64,000 nucleotides of DNA from Rhodospirillaceae bacterium (GTDB lineage: Bacteria; Pseudomonadota; Alphaproteobacteria; Rhodospirillales; Rhodospirillaceae). The notes beneath the pieces are model-generated. The model was given only the letters and a program-made list of their open reading frames with translations. It ran no database searches and had not been told where the DNA came from. Shown piece after piece: positions 54,968 through 64,000 of this stretch. The DNA is taken from NCBI GenBank assembly GCA_963662375.2, contig CAXXRP010000008.1:7738-71737 (forward strand). Direction: 5' to 3'. Position numbers and translations under genes: made by a program. Position 1 is the first letter of the stretch; every line of letters starts with the position of its first letter.

Positions 54968-55384
54968 TTGGACATTGTCATCTACCAGCCCGAGCACTTC
55001 GATGACGTAAATTCGCTATGGCACGAGGTGTTTCCCGACTATCCACCATGGAACGCGGCAGAAGTCACAATACCTGCAAAAATAGAAACGCAACCCGATT
55101 TATTTCTTGTTGCTGTTCACGACGGTTGAGTTTTGGGCTCCATCATGGCTGGCTACGATGGTCACAGCGGATGACTTTACTTGGTAGCTGTCTTGCAATC
55201 TCACCGAAGTCAAGGCATCGGCACCGCACTTGTTCGGGAAACAGAGAACCGACTCAGGTTTTTAAGATGCAAGAAAATCAACTTGCAAGTCCGATCGTCC
55301 AACACTGACGTTGTCGAATTTTATCGGCTCCTTGGTTACGTGGTTGAGGAGCGGGTGAGCATGGGGAAACGGCTGCCCAGCTGA
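54968..55384 (+). pseudogene. YpeA-like GNAT acetyltransferase with two in-frame TGA codons and no frameshift
   Basis: (TTG)DIVIYQPEHFDDVNSLWHEVFPDYPPWNAAEVTIPAKIETQPDLFLVAVHDG*VLGSIMAGYDGHSG*LYLVAVLQSHRSQGIGTALVRETENRLRFLRCKKINLQVRSSNTDVVEFYRLLGYVVEERVSMGKRL. The TGAs lie at 55127 and 55172. The protein is collinear with E. coli YpeA as I recall it (GYDGHRG...LGV...GRGI...YERLGY...SLGKRL). Confidence 0.7.
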
Positions 55385-55651
55385 GAAATGTCACTTACTT
55401 TCGTCGGATCAACTTCACGATTACGGTCCGGCAATCTCCGCGGTGGCGGATTGATTCCATATAACCATATGATTCTTATACGATACTTAAGTGGGCCGAC
55501 GGCGGGCCCCGTATTGACTTCCGGCGCCCCATCCCTATACTCCGCCGCCTTATTTCCGGGAACGCATGTGGCGGTCAAAAGTGCCGCTTCATCGCCCCCT
55601 GGTCTTCGGACCGGACGGGACTACCGGGACAATATAAAAAATAGGCCAATC

Positions 55652-56266
55652 ATGACTAAGCGCGCATCATCCAAGTATAAAATTGACCGCCGTCTACAGG
55701 TCAATCTCTGGGGCCGGCCCAAGAGCCCGATCAACAAGCGGGAATACGGACCCGGACAACACGGCCAACGCCGCAAGAAGCCATCCGACTACGGCGTGCA
55801 GCTGATGGCCAAGCAGAAACTCAAAGGCTACTACGGGAACATCTCGGAAAAGCAGTTCCGCAAGTACTACCATGAAGCCATGCGCCGCAAAGGCGACAAC
55901 GGCGAAAACCTGGTGGGTATTTTGGAATGTCGCTTGGATGCAGTCGTTTACCGCATGAAATTCGTACCCACTGTTTTCGCAGCGCGGCAGTTCGTGAACC
56001 ACGGCCACGTCACCGTGAACGGCAAACGTGTCACTATTCCCTCGTATATGGTGAAGGTGGGCGACCGGATCGAGGTGCGCGCCAAATCAAAGGAATTGGG
56101 CACCGTGATCGCTGCTGTTGAGTTGCCGGAACGCGACGTGCCCGAGTACATCGTTGTAGATCACAACAAGCTGGTCGGTGAAATGGTCCGCGTTCCCGGG
56201 CTTAAGGACATTCCTTATCCGGTGCGAATGGAACCGAATCTCGTCATCGAGTTCTACTCCCGTTAA
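55652..56266 (+). CDS. rpsD: 30S ribosomal protein S4
   Basis: [26 protein letters not shown]...[16 protein letters not shown]...[12 protein letters not shown]...[17 protein letters not shown]. Start trimmed from 55388 to the ATG at 55652, giving 204 aa. Confidence 0.95.
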   Translation: MTKRASSKYKIDRRLQVNLWGRPKSPINKREYGPGQHGQRRKKPSDYGVQLMAKQKLKGYYGNISEKQFRKYYHEAMRRKGDNGENLVGILECRLDAVVYRMKFVPTVFAARQFVNHGHVTVNGKRVTIPSYMVKVGDRIEVRAKSKELGTVIAAVELPERDVPEYIVVDHNKLVGEMVRVPGLKDIPYPVRMEPNLVIEFYSR

Positions 56267-56380
56267 AACCAACAGGGTTCCTTGTGGGGCCTTTTTGAGT
56301 ATCCGCCCATGCGGCCATCTTTCCGCGGCAATCATAGAATTGAGCCATGACGGATAGCGAGCAGGCCGTGCGCTGGCTTT

Positions 56381-56797
56381 ATGACGCCTTCAGGTGATTT
56401 CGTACTCTGCGTCGCCTGCCGGCTGGGGATCGCCTGTGAAAAGCTTCTTGAAGAGGGCAAGGGCCACACCCTCGTGACGCGTCCCACCAACCAGGCGGGT
56501 AGCCCCGGCGTTGCTCACGGCGGCTGGACGGCCTCACTGCTGGATGGGATGTTGGGACACCTTGCTTTGTTCATCGGCACGTTCACCGTCACTTCATCAT
56601 TGAGCGTTGAATATCTCTGCCCAGTGCCGGTGGAGCGCGAACTGGAGGGCTTCGCCTGGATCGTGCGGCGAGAGGACGGGCGTTGGGATGTAGCGGGCGA
56701 GCTCAGGCTCGCGGGCACAAAGACGCGGTTGGTGCGTGCGACGGGGTGTTTATCGAGCGCGACGCCACCCATTTTCAAAAACATGAGGCGTGGTTGA
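56381..56797 (+). CDS. PaaI-type hotdog thioesterase (C-terminus possibly frameshifted)
   Basis: GVAHGGWTASLLDGMLG and SLSVEYLCPVP are typical PaaI/4HBT motifs. After ...LVRATG an alternative frame reads VFIERDATHFQKHEAWL, which looks more protein-like than the annotated tail. This is unresolved. Confidence 0.6.
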   Translation: MTPSGDFVLCVACRLGIACEKLLEEGKGHTLVTRPTNQAGSPGVAHGGWTASLLDGMLGHLALFIGTFTVTSSLSVEYLCPVPVERELEGFAWIVRREDGRWDVAGELRLAGTKTRLVRATGCLSSATPPIFKNMRRG

Positions 56798-56869
56798 GTC
56801 GGCACGACGGGCCCTCGGGTGCACCAGGGGACGGATGATGTATCCGTTCACGTTGAGGCAAGCGGCGCA

Positions 56870-56908
56870 CAAAAAAACGGGGCCTTTGAAAGGCCCCGTT
56901 TGTATTTC
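56870..56908. terminator. Bidirectional Rho-independent terminator between the thioesterase gene and grxD
   Basis: AAAAAAACGGGGCC-TTTGAA-AGGCCCCGTTTGTATTT is a GC-rich 8-9 bp stem. On the minus strand it is followed by T7, and on the plus strand by a T-rich tract. Confidence 0.8.
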
Positions 56909-56924
56909 TAGGACAGCGGGATGA

Positions 56925-57257
56925 TCAGGCGGCCGCTACGTCCTTTTGTTTCATCAACTCAGCCAACTCGCCGCTTTCAGCCATCTCGCGGATGATATCG
57001 CAGCCACCGACGAACTCGCCCTTCACGTAAAGCTGCGGAATGGTGGGCCAGTCGGCGAAGTCTTTAATGCCCTGGCGTATACCCTCATCCTCAAGCACGT
57101 TGACGCTCTTGAACTGGACGCGGAGGTGGCTGAGTACCTGAATCACGGCGGCGGAGAAGCCGCATTGTGGGAAGACAGGCGTGCCCTTCATAAATACCAC
57201 GACGTCGTTCTCGCTGATGTCTTTCTTGATTTGGTCGATTGTCGGATTGTCGGTCAT
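56925..57257 (-). CDS. grxD: Monothiol (Grx4-type, CGFS) glutaredoxin
   Basis: VVVFMKGTPVFPQCGFS...WPTIPQLYVKGEFVGGCDI. Confidence 0.9.
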   Translation of the reverse strand: MTDNPTIDQIKKDISENDVVVFMKGTPVFPQCGFSAAVIQVLSHLRVQFKSVNVLEDEGIRQGIKDFADWPTIPQLYVKGEFVGGCDIIREMAESGELAELMKQKDVAAA

Positions 57258-57347
57258 GGATGTCCTCGTTATCTGCGGCCTGTATTGTTACGGGCAATAT
57301 AGGCGGCCCGCGGGAAATCACAAGGGGCGTGAACGAACAGTTCCGCC

Positions 57348-57587
57348 CTAAGCGCCTTCCGGTGCGCTGGTTTGCAGGGCCAGGGCGTGTAGCTCGCCGC
57401 CCATTTTGCCCTTAAGAGCCGCGTAGACCATCTGATGCTGCTGGACCCGGTTCTTGCTCTTGAACGCCTCGGAGACAACCACGGCGGCATAGTGGTCGCC
57501 GTCGCCGCGTAGGTCCTCGATCGACACCCGGGCATCGGGAAAAGCTTCCTTGATCAGGGATTCGATTTCTGATGCGTTCATTGCCAT
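57348..57587 (-). CDS. BolA/IbaG-family protein
   Basis: 79 aa. DLRGDGDHYAAVVVSEAFKSKNRVQQHQMVYAAL...LHALALQT is the BolA fold pattern. The conserved pairing with grxD supports the call. Confidence 0.85.
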   Translation of the reverse strand: MAMNASEIESLIKEAFPDARVSIEDLRGDGDHYAAVVVSEAFKSKNRVQQHQMVYAALKGKMGGELHALALQTSAPEGA

Positions 57588-57608
57588 GGCGAAACCCTTT
57601 CGTACCGA

Positions 57609-59819
57609 TCAAGTCTTGGAGGCCATATAAGACGGGAACCATCCTTCGTTCAAGGTGCGGAGATTTGACAGCTTAATTTTATCCCCTGCAAACGTAATAA
57701 CCGTACCGCCCGTTGTGCCGATATTTTGTAAAGGCACACCCGCTCTTGATGCTTCGTCCTGGATGGTGGCAGCGTCACCCGCCGTCGCCGAGATGATGTA
57801 GCGTGCTTGATCCTCGCCAAACAGCCTGCCGTGAACCGGACCTTTAAACTCGGTCAGCGCGCATCCGATATTTCCCGCGAGCGCCATTTCAGCCACGGCA
57901 ACCATCAGGCCGCCGTCAGCGACGTCGTGGCATGCGCTGGCGCGGGCGGTGTGAATGAGGCCGCGCACAAAATCACCCACGGCGCGCTCGTGGGCGAGGT
58001 CCACCGGTGGCGGGGCGCCGTCTTCCCGCCCGCAAATCTCGCGCAGATAGAGCGATTGGCCCAGCCAACCCTCGGCATTTTCCTTCTGGCCCACGAGCAG
58101 AATGACGTCGCCATCGTTCTTAAAGCCGGGCGTTGCCATGTGATCGAGGTTTTCGAGAAGGCCGACGCCGCCGATCGCCGGTGTTGGCAGGATCGCTTTG
58201 CCGCCGGTCTCGTTGTACAGCGAGACATTGCCGGAAATCACCGGGTAGTTGAGCGCGGCGCAGGCAGTGCCGATGCCTTCGACGGTTTCGACGATCTGGC
58301 CCATGATTTCCGGTTTCTCCGGATTGCCGAAATTGAGGTTGTCGGTAATGGCCATTGGTTTGCCGCCAACGGCGGTTATGTTGCGCCAGGTTTCGGCAAC
58401 GGCTTGCTTGCCACCCTCGAATGGATCGGCTTTCACGTAACGCGGTGTGCAGTCGGTGGTGATGGCGAGCGCGCGGTTGGAGGCGTGCAGGCGGACGACC
58501 GCCGCGTCGCCGCCGGGGTGCTGGGCAGTATCGGCCATGACCATGTGGTCGTATTGCTCCCATACCCAACGGCGGCTGGCGAGATCGGGACAGCCCATCA
58601 GGATCGACAGGGCCTCGGTCCAGGGCATGTCCTTCACGTCCTTGGCTGCGATAACGGGCTGCTTGGGCGAAGGGACCCAGGGGCGGTTATACTCCGGCGA
58701 AGCTTGGGCAAGAGGACCGATGGGCAGGTCGGCGACAACATCGCCGTGCATCTTTAAGACCATGCGGCCGGTGTCGGTCAGGATGCCGATGACGGCGAAA
58801 TCTAGTTCCCACTTCTCAAAGATGCGTTTGGCGACGTCTTCCTTGCCGGGCTGCAGGATCATGAGCATGCGTTCCTGGCTTTCGGACAGCATCATCTCGT
58901 AGGGTGTCATACCCTCTTCGCGGGTGGGCACCTGGTCCATGTATAGCTCGACGCCCATGCCGCCTTTCGAGGCCATCTCGAAGGATGAACTGGTAAGGCC
59001 GGCGGCGCCCATGTCTTGGATGGCGACAATGGTGTCGGTAGTCATCAATTCCATACACGCCTCGATAAGAAGTTTTTCAGTGAACGGATCGCCAACCTGA
59101 ACCGTGGGGCGCTTTGCATCTGAGTTCTCCCCGAACTCTGTCGAGGCCATGGTAGCACCGTGGATGCCGTCGCGCCCGGTTCTTGAACCGACATAAACGA
59201 CGGGGTTTCCCGCGCCAGAGGCGGCGGAATAAAAAATCTTGTTCTTGTCGGCGAGGCCGATGGTCATGGCATTGACGAGGATGTTGCCATTGTAGCTGGA
59301 ATGGAAATTCACCTCGCCGCCGACGGTGGGTACCCCAACGCAATTGCCATAGCCGCTGATTCCGGCGACGACACCGGAAACGAGGTGGCGGGTCTTGGGG
59401 TGGGACGGATCGCCGAAGCGCAGGGCGTTCATGTTGGCGATGGGCCGCGCGCCCATAGTGAACACATCGCGTAATATGCCGCCGACGCCGGTCGCCGCCC
59501 CCTGATAAGGTTCGATGTACGACGGATGATTGTGGCTCTCCATTTTAAAGATCGCCGCGAGCCCTTCGCCAATGTCGATGACGCCCGCATTCTCGCCGGG
59601 TCCGCAGATGACCCACGGCGCGGTGGTGGGGAGGGTCTTCAGCCACTTCTTGGAGGACTTGTAAGAGCAGTGCTCCGACCACATGACTGAGAAGATGCCG
59701 AGCTCGACGAGGTTCGGTGCACGTCCACCGAGAATCTCGAGGATGCGCGCATATTCATCGTTGGAGAGGCCGTGGGAGACGACGTCGTCAGCGGTGATCG
59801 GTTCATTCGGCGGAGTCAT
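57609..59819 (-). CDS. purL: Phosphoribosylformylglycinamidine synthase subunit PurL
   Basis: [14 protein letters not shown]...[25 protein letters not shown]...; 736 aa, the small-PurL type. Confidence 0.95.
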   Translation of the reverse strand: MTPPNEPITADDVVSHGLSNDEYARILEILGGRAPNLVELGIFSVMWSEHCSYKSSKKWLKTLPTTAPWVICGPGENAGVIDIGEGLAAIFKMESHNHPSYIEPYQGAATGVGGILRDVFTMGARPIANMNALRFGDPSHPKTRHLVSGVVAGISGYGNCVGVPTVGGEVNFHSSYNGNILVNAMTIGLADKNKIFYSAASGAGNPVVYVGSRTGRDGIHGATMASTEFGENSDAKRPTVQVGDPFTEKLLIEACMELMTTDTIVAIQDMGAAGLTSSSFEMASKGGMGVELYMDQVPTREEGMTPYEMMLSESQERMLMILQPGKEDVAKRIFEKWELDFAVIGILTDTGRMVLKMHGDVVADLPIGPLAQASPEYNRPWVPSPKQPVIAAKDVKDMPWTEALSILMGCPDLASRRWVWEQYDHMVMADTAQHPGGDAAVVRLHASNRALAITTDCTPRYVKADPFEGGKQAVAETWRNITAVGGKPMAITDNLNFGNPEKPEIMGQIVETVEGIGTACAALNYPVISGNVSLYNETGGKAILPTPAIGGVGLLENLDHMATPGFKNDGDVILLVGQKENAEGWLGQSLYLREICGREDGAPPPVDLAHERAVGDFVRGLIHTARASACHDVADGGLMVAVAEMALAGNIGCALTEFKGPVHGRLFGEDQARYIISATAGDAATIQDEASRAGVPLQNIGTTGGTVITFAGDKIKLSNLRTLNEGWFPSYMASKT

Positions 59820-60505
59820 GACAGGCGGTCCACAAGGCCGTCGAACATGGCGCGGCCGCCGAGCCCGCCCAATTTAGGATCAGCGAGGCGTTCAGGGTGT
59901 GGCATCATGCCGAGGACGGTTTTGGCCTTGTTGAAGATGCCCGCAATGCCGTGCTGCGAACCGTTGACGTTAGCGGCCTCGGAGATTTGGCCATCTGGTC
60001 CGCAATACCGGAACGCGACGCGACCTTCGTCCTCCAGCGCGGCCAATGTTTGATCGTCGGCGAAGTAGTTGCCCTCGTGGTGAGCAATGGGAACGCGAAT
60101 CACGGCGCCCGACTTATAAGCGTTTGTGAACGCACTGCTTGTATCTTCGACTTTCAAATGCACGTCGCGGCAGATGAATTTGAGATCGCGATTGCGCATC
60201 AGCACGCCGGGCAAGAGGCCCGTTTCTGTGAGGATTTGGAATCCGTTGCAGATACCGAGAACACGCACGCCCTGTTCGGCTTTGCATTTGACGTCCCCCA
60301 TGATCGGCGAGTGGGCGGCCATGGCACCGCAGCGCAGGTAGTCGCCATAAGAGAACCCGCCGGGCACGACGATGAGATCGAGGTCCGGAAGCTCCGTGTT
60401 CCGGTGCCAGATCATTTGGGGCGGCCGGCCCATACTTTGTTCGAGGGCAACGGCGATGTCGCGGTCGCAATTGGACCCCGGGAAAACGATGACAGCAGCC
60501 TTCAT
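59816..60505 (-). CDS. purQ: Phosphoribosylformylglycinamidine synthase glutaminase subunit PurQ
   Basis: [16 protein letters not shown]...[11 protein letters not shown]...MPHPER is the triad amidotransferase pattern. Confidence 0.95.
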   Translation of the reverse strand: MKAAVIVFPGSNCDRDIAVALEQSMGRPPQMIWHRNTELPDLDLIVVPGGFSYGDYLRCGAMAAHSPIMGDVKCKAEQGVRVLGICNGFQILTETGLLPGVLMRNRDLKFICRDVHLKVEDTSSAFTNAYKSGAVIRVPIAHHEGNYFADDQTLAALEDEGRVAFRYCGPDGQISEAANVNGSQHGIAGIFNKAKTVLGMMPHPERLADPKLGGLGGRAMFDGLVDRLS

Positions 60506-60509
60506 GGGC

Positions 60510-60752
60510 TCAATCTAAAATCTCGACGCTGTAATTCTCGATGACGGTATTGGCGAGCAACGCCCGGCACATGTCTTCGACCTTGGACTTGGCCACAGCT
60601 TTATCACTTTCGGGCACATCGAGTTCGATGTACTTACCTTGGTGCACATCTGAAACTCCGGCGAAGCCCAAGCCGTGAAGCGAATGTTCGATCGCCTTGC
60701 CTTGAGGGTCGAGCACGCCGTTTTTTAAAGTGATGTGAACTTTCGCCTTCAA
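60510..60752 (-). CDS. purS: Phosphoribosylformylglycinamidine synthase subunit PurS
   Basis: 80 aa. [30 protein letters not shown]... Confidence 0.9.
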   Translation of the reverse strand: MKAKVHITLKNGVLDPQGKAIEHSLHGLGFAGVSDVHQGKYIELDVPESDKAVAKSKVEDMCRALLANTVIENYSVEILD

Positions 60753-60801
60753 CGCAAGCTCCTAAAACTCCAACCCCCGGACTTGTGCCGGGGGCCTGAC
60801 G

Positions 60802-61569
60802 CTATTGCAAGGTGGACGGGCCTTGCTGATCAGCTGGGCCACTTTCCGGCAATATACCGAGCCGCCGCGCCACCGCTTGGTAGGCCTCCTCGACACCGCC
60901 CATGTCGAGGCGAAAACGGTCCTTGTCCATCTTTTCGTTGGTTTGCGAATCCCACAAGCGGCAGTTGTCGGGTGATAGCTCGTCCGCCAACACCACCTGG
61001 ATATCGCCGTTCTCATGGAATAGACGTCCGAATTCGAGCTTGAAGTCGACCAGCTTGATTCCAATGCCGAGAAACAAACCCGATAGGTAGTCGTTGACGC
61101 GCAGCGCCATGTTCAGCATTTCATCCACTTCGTGGATGGTAGCCCAGCCGAAACCGGTAATGTGCTCTTCGGATATGAGCGGGTCGCCGAGCTGATCGTT
61201 CTTATAATAATACTCGACGATGGACCGCGGCAGGCGGGTGCCTTCAGGAATGGCGAATCGCTCGGAGATAGAACCCGCAGCGACGTTGCGTACCACGACC
61301 TCTACCGGAATGATCTCGACTTCCTTCACCAACTGTTCGCGCATATTGAGGCGGCGTACGAAATGGGTGGGGATGCCGATCTCCTCCAGCTTCATCATCA
61401 GGTATTCGGAGATACGGTTGTTGAGCACCCCCTTACCAGTGATCGTGCCTTTTTTTTTGTTGTTGAACGCGGTGGCATCGTCCTTGAAGTACTGGACGAG
61501 AGTGCCGGGCTCCGGGCCTTCGAAAATGACTTTGGCTTTGCCTTCGTAGATTTGTTTACGGCGGACCAT
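60802..61569 (-). CDS. purC: Phosphoribosylaminoimidazole-succinocarboxamide (SAICAR) synthase
   Basis: [12 protein letters not shown]...[18 protein letters not shown]...[12 protein letters not shown]...[14 protein letters not shown]. Confidence 0.95.
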   Translation of the reverse strand: MVRRKQIYEGKAKVIFEGPEPGTLVQYFKDDATAFNNKKKGTITGKGVLNNRISEYLMMKLEEIGIPTHFVRRLNMREQLVKEVEIIPVEVVVRNVAAGSISERFAIPEGTRLPRSIVEYYYKNDQLGDPLISEEHITGFGWATIHEVDEMLNMALRVNDYLSGLFLGIGIKLVDFKLEFGRLFHENGDIQVVLADELSPDNCRLWDSQTNEKMDKDRFRLDMGGVEEAYQAVARRLGILPESGPADQQGPSTLQ

Positions 61570-61644
61570 GCGCCTCTCACTTGTAAATTAACGTACTAAA
61601 CCGAGGCCCGCTGACCATTCGATGACCGATGTGGCGGGCAGCCC

Positions 61645-61672
61645 ATATAGCAGGTGGAAGGGGCTGCTACAA
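61645..61672 (-). promoter_or_regulatory. Candidate sigma70-type promoter for purC (TTGTAG-N16-CTATAT on the minus strand)
   Basis: Read from the reverse complement, about 75 nt upstream of the purC ATG. It matches the alphaproteobacterial CTATAT -10 preference. Confidence 0.3.
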
Positions 61673-61738
61673 CGCGTGCGCCCACTGACGGTAAAATCGC
61701 TGAAATCCAGCGTCGGCACCACTCTTGGGCGTCGTTTT

Positions 61739-62533
61739 TCAGATATCTACCGGAGTGAAGTCTGCAGATTCGGGTGGGCCCGGGGCAAAAAGCCAGACTG
61801 GGCGTTTGGCGCCGGGTCCATGAGCCGTATCAACAGATGGCAGGGCTAAGAGCGAGGACGAGGACGTTCCAAAACCACTATCCATGCGGAAACTCATAGC
61901 GTTAAAGACGGCGCCCTGGCTGTCCGTCGCACCTAAGAGGTCACGCCACGCGGTCCAGTCGCCGGTGTCAGGATCCGGCGGGCTCGCGGCCTCAAATAGC
62001 GGTAGATAGGCGGCAATACGCCCATCGGACGTGTCGTTGCGGTCATATGCGGTGAAGACGGACAGCCCTTCGGGGATGGGCGCGGTGCGCACGCCTTGTC
62101 CGGATGCTTCCGCATTTTCTGTGAAGGCCAGCCACCAAGCGTCCGTGTTGTCCGCAACAATCATGTTGAAGGGCCGGTAGGCCGCGGGACTAATGTCGGC
62201 CAGTGCTGCGGCGGCCGGGGCTGCATCTGCGTGGTCCAGCGCTTCGATAACCAACTCGCCGCGGCTGCGTTTGCCCGGCGCCGGGCCCAGGGAGCCATGG
62301 CGATTGAGTATGCAGGCGGTCACGCCGGCGTCATTCAGTCCCATCCACGTGCCGCCGGCCAGTTCATCCCGGCCGGCAACGACGTCGGCCCGGTCGGGCC
62401 AGTGACGCCCAGGCGGCGTCCACGGTCGGTTGAGCATTTCATCCCGGTTGGCGCCGACAATGACAGGCCAGGCGTGATCTGGGCGGCGAAGAATGACAAC
62501 TGTGCACACGGCTGCGGTCAGGCAATGATTCAA
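61739..62533 (-). CDS. NRDE-family (TANGO2/DUF833-like) protein
   Basis: N-terminal C-T, then PVIVGANRDE...GGTWMGLN.... Confidence 0.75.
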   Translation of the reverse strand: MNHCLTAAVCTVVILRRPDHAWPVIVGANRDEMLNRPWTPPGRHWPDRADVVAGRDELAGGTWMGLNDAGVTACILNRHGSLGPAPGKRSRGELVIEALDHADAAPAAAALADISPAAYRPFNMIVADNTDAWWLAFTENAEASGQGVRTAPIPEGLSVFTAYDRNDTSDGRIAAYLPLFEAASPPDPDTGDWTAWRDLLGATDSQGAVFNAMSFRMDSGFGTSSSSLLALPSVDTAHGPGAKRPVWLFAPGPPESADFTPVDI

Positions 62534-62671
62534 ATTAAGTGCGGTACTCCAGGAACGTAATGCTGTTGCCGCGGTTACGCCAGTTGCGCCTGACCGGCCG
62601 CGCCTTTATACGAGGACTTCAGTTGCGGACCCGCCGCGCTGCATCCAGCCACGATTCTAGTGGAGAAGATA

Positions 62672-63004
62672 ATGAACGACGCGTTTCAAGACCGCGAAAA
62701 AGGCTTTGAGCGTAAATTCCAGTTGGACCAGGACCAGCAGTTCCGGGTCCGGTCGCGCCGCGACCGATTGTTCGGCAACTGGGTGGCGGGTAAGCTGGGA
62801 CTGTCGGGTCCACAGGTGGATACGTATGCCCGTGAGGTTGTAGAGTCGAACATTCAAAAGCCCGGCGGCGGCGACTTAATGGATAAGGTGCACAGCGACC
62901 TTCAAGCCAAGCAGGTGAGTATTTTCGACGCGGACCTCTATAAAGCGCTGCACGACTGCCACGCTGAGGCCACGCGCCAGATCGCCGCGGAATCAAAAAA
63001 ATAA
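62672..63004 (+). CDS. DUF1476-family protein (alphaproteobacterial F1-ATPase inhibitor zeta-subunit-like)
   Basis: FQDREKGFERKFQLDQDQQFRVRSRRDRLFGNWVAGKLGL parallels the Paracoccus zeta subunit N-terminus as I recall it. Start at the ATG preceded by GGAGAAG. Confidence 0.7.
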   Translation: MNDAFQDREKGFERKFQLDQDQQFRVRSRRDRLFGNWVAGKLGLSGPQVDTYAREVVESNIQKPGGGDLMDKVHSDLQAKQVSIFDADLYKALHDCHAEATRQIAAESKK

Positions 63005-63018
63005 TAGTGGTCGACTGA

Positions 63019-64000
63019 TCAGTTTTCAGCGAACACTCGCTTGAAAAGCGTATCCACGTGTTTGGTGTGGTAGCCTATATCGAACAGCTTTTTTAGCTCG
63101 CCGGCCTTCAAGTACCCGGTGACATCCTTGTCCTGCAGCAGGTGATCCTGCAGCTGCCCGCCTTCATTCCAGACTTTCATGGCGTTGCGCTGGACGATCG
63201 CGTAGGCATCCTCGCGGCTGGCTCTGGCCTGGATGAGGGCGAGCAGGACGCGCTGCGAGAAGATCAGCCCGCCCATCATGTTCAGATTTTTCTCGGCGGC
63301 GTCCGGATAAATTACTAGTTTGTCGATCACGCCTGTGAGCCGGGCCAACGCGAAGTCCAGGGTGATGGTGGCATCGGGGCCGATATAGCGCTCCACCGAC
63401 GAATGCGAGATATCGCGTTCGTGCCAGAGAGCCACGTTTTCCAGGGCAGGCGTCACGTAGCCGCGCACCATGCGCGCAAGGCCGGTCAGGTTTTCGGTCA
63501 GGATCGGGTTGCGCTTGTGGGGCATGGCCGACGAGCCTTTTTGCCCAGCGGCGAAGAATTCCTCGACCTCGCGCACTTCGGTACGTTGCAGGTGGCGAAT
63601 TTCGGTGGCCACCCGTTCAATGGAACTGGCAATCACGCCAAGGGTTGCAAAAAAGTAGGCGTGACGGTCGCGCGGGATGACTTGGGTGGAAATAGGCTCG
63701 ACACGCAAGCCCATCTTGTTCGCCATGTGTTGTTCGACGGACGGATCGATATTGGCGAAGGTGCCGACAGCGCCCGAGATATTGCATGTCGCGATGTCGT
63801 GGCGGGCGGCCTTGAGTCGGCGGCGGTTGCGGACGAACTCGGCGTAAAAACTGGCGAACTTGAGGCCGATGGTTACGGGCTCTGCATGGATGCCGTGGCT
63901 GCGGCCCATGGCGATGGTCATTTTATGTTCCATGGCCCGGCGCTTGAGCGCGGCCAGCAACTCGTCGATGTCCTGATGCAGGATGTCGGCGGATTGGGTG
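63019..64000 (-). CDS. purB: Adenylosuccinate lyase (5' end beyond window edge)
   Basis: [12 protein letters not shown]...GAVGTFAN...[17 protein letters not shown]...[10 protein letters not shown] are the fumarate-lyase superfamily signature and the PurB C-terminus. Confidence 0.9.
   Translation of the reverse strand, partial: TQSADILHQDIDELLAALKRRAMEHKMTIAMGRSHGIHAEPVTIGLKFASFYAEFVRNRRRLKAARHDIATCNISGAVGTFANIDPSVEQHMANKMGLRVEPISTQVIPRDRHAYFFATLGVIASSIERVATEIRHLQRTEVREVEEFFAAGQKGSSAMPHKRNPILTENLTGLARMVRGYVTPALENVALWHERDISHSSVERYIGPDATITLDFALARLTGVIDKLVIYPDAAEKNLNMMGGLIFSQRVLLALIQARASREDAYAIVQRNAMKVWNEGGQLQDHLLQDKDVTGYLKAGELKKLFDIGYHTKHVDTLFKRVFAEN

Noticed and set aside
51101-55174. The possibility that in-frame TGA codons at Trp-like positions (51101, 55172, and also 55127) reflect genetic-code reassignment (TGA=Trp) or selenocysteine.
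   Set aside because: TGA clearly functions as a stop at many well-defined gene ends in this window (uvrD, cofE, cofD, istA, the frhB-like gene, korA), several of them in ATGA or GTGA coupling overlaps. No SECIS-like hairpin is evident, Cys or Sec is not expected at these positions, and one of the affected genes also carries frameshifts. Ordinary nonsense mutations are the simpler explanation.
57807-58757. Long ORFs antisense to well-recognised genes. Examples are 57807..58757 (+, 316 aa, opposite purL), 54037..54756 (-, 239 aa, opposite the trmJ-like gene), 49159..49854 (-, opposite glnS), 43142..43975 (-, opposite istB), 59897..60544 (+, opposite purQ), 758..1453 (+, opposite mlaC), and 29490..30077 and 28905..29432 (-, opposite the frhB-like gene).
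   Set aside because: All lie opposite genes with unambiguous family motifs. They have Arg/Ala/Gly/Pro-rich, low-complexity compositions typical of antisense frames in high-GC DNA, and they show no recognisable domains.
1-64000. Searched for rRNA, tRNA and CRISPR arrays.
   Set aside because: I found no stretch resembling a T-arm or acceptor-stem layout in the intergenic regions, no rRNA-like sequence, and no regularly spaced short direct repeats. The only repeats are IS-related. This is a by-eye scan, so tRNAscan-SE/Infernal and a CRISPR finder should confirm it.

Overview
This is a 64-kb, high-GC, alphaproteobacterium-like chromosomal segment; the taxon call rests on split purS/purQ/purL, bolA-grxD, a DUF1476 zeta-like protein, mlaA/mlaC and class II DAHP synthase. 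The left flank (1-5.9 kb) carries a HIBADH-like oxidoreductase, mlaC, mlaA, metF and uvrD. An IS3-family element (6.1-7.6 kb) and a nested IS6/IS21 complex (41.0-45.9 kb) bracket a ~33-kb accessory region. That region holds a complete coenzyme F420 biosynthesis set, with translationally coupled cofE-cofD-cofC at 7.9-10.3 kb and a fused fbiC at 32.9-35.3 kb. These genes are interleaved with a large CoA-dependent catabolic gene set: 4 acyl-CoA dehydrogenases, 2 SDRs, a hotdog-hydratase pair with a Cys-less thiolase-fold protein and DUF35, a true thiolase, a FadB-like hydratase, an acyl-CoA ligase, a KstD-like Tat flavoprotein, a PQQ/cytochrome c dehydrogenase, four NTF2/SnoaL proteins, a PPOX/FDOR-like protein, an amidohydrolase and an ABM. 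The most interesting element is a tightly packed frhB-like/korA/korB operon (28.9-32.8 kb), tail-to-tail with fbiC. I interpret it as a candidate 2-oxoacid:F420 oxidoreductase. The right flank (46-64 kb) is housekeeping: DAHP synthase, nadE, glnS, ltaE, trmJ-like, rpsD, grxD, bolA, purL/Q/S/C, an NRDE protein, a zeta-like protein and purB. The window has an unusually high load of broken genes: a crotonase with 3 frameshifts, two GNATs with nonsense or frameshift lesions, two dead IS6 transposases and a DUF1552 fragment. I found no rRNA, tRNA or CRISPR array. The ORF track translates GTG and TTG starts as M and reports the longest ORFs, so several starts were trimmed to internal ATG/GTG codons with better Shine-Dalgarno context.
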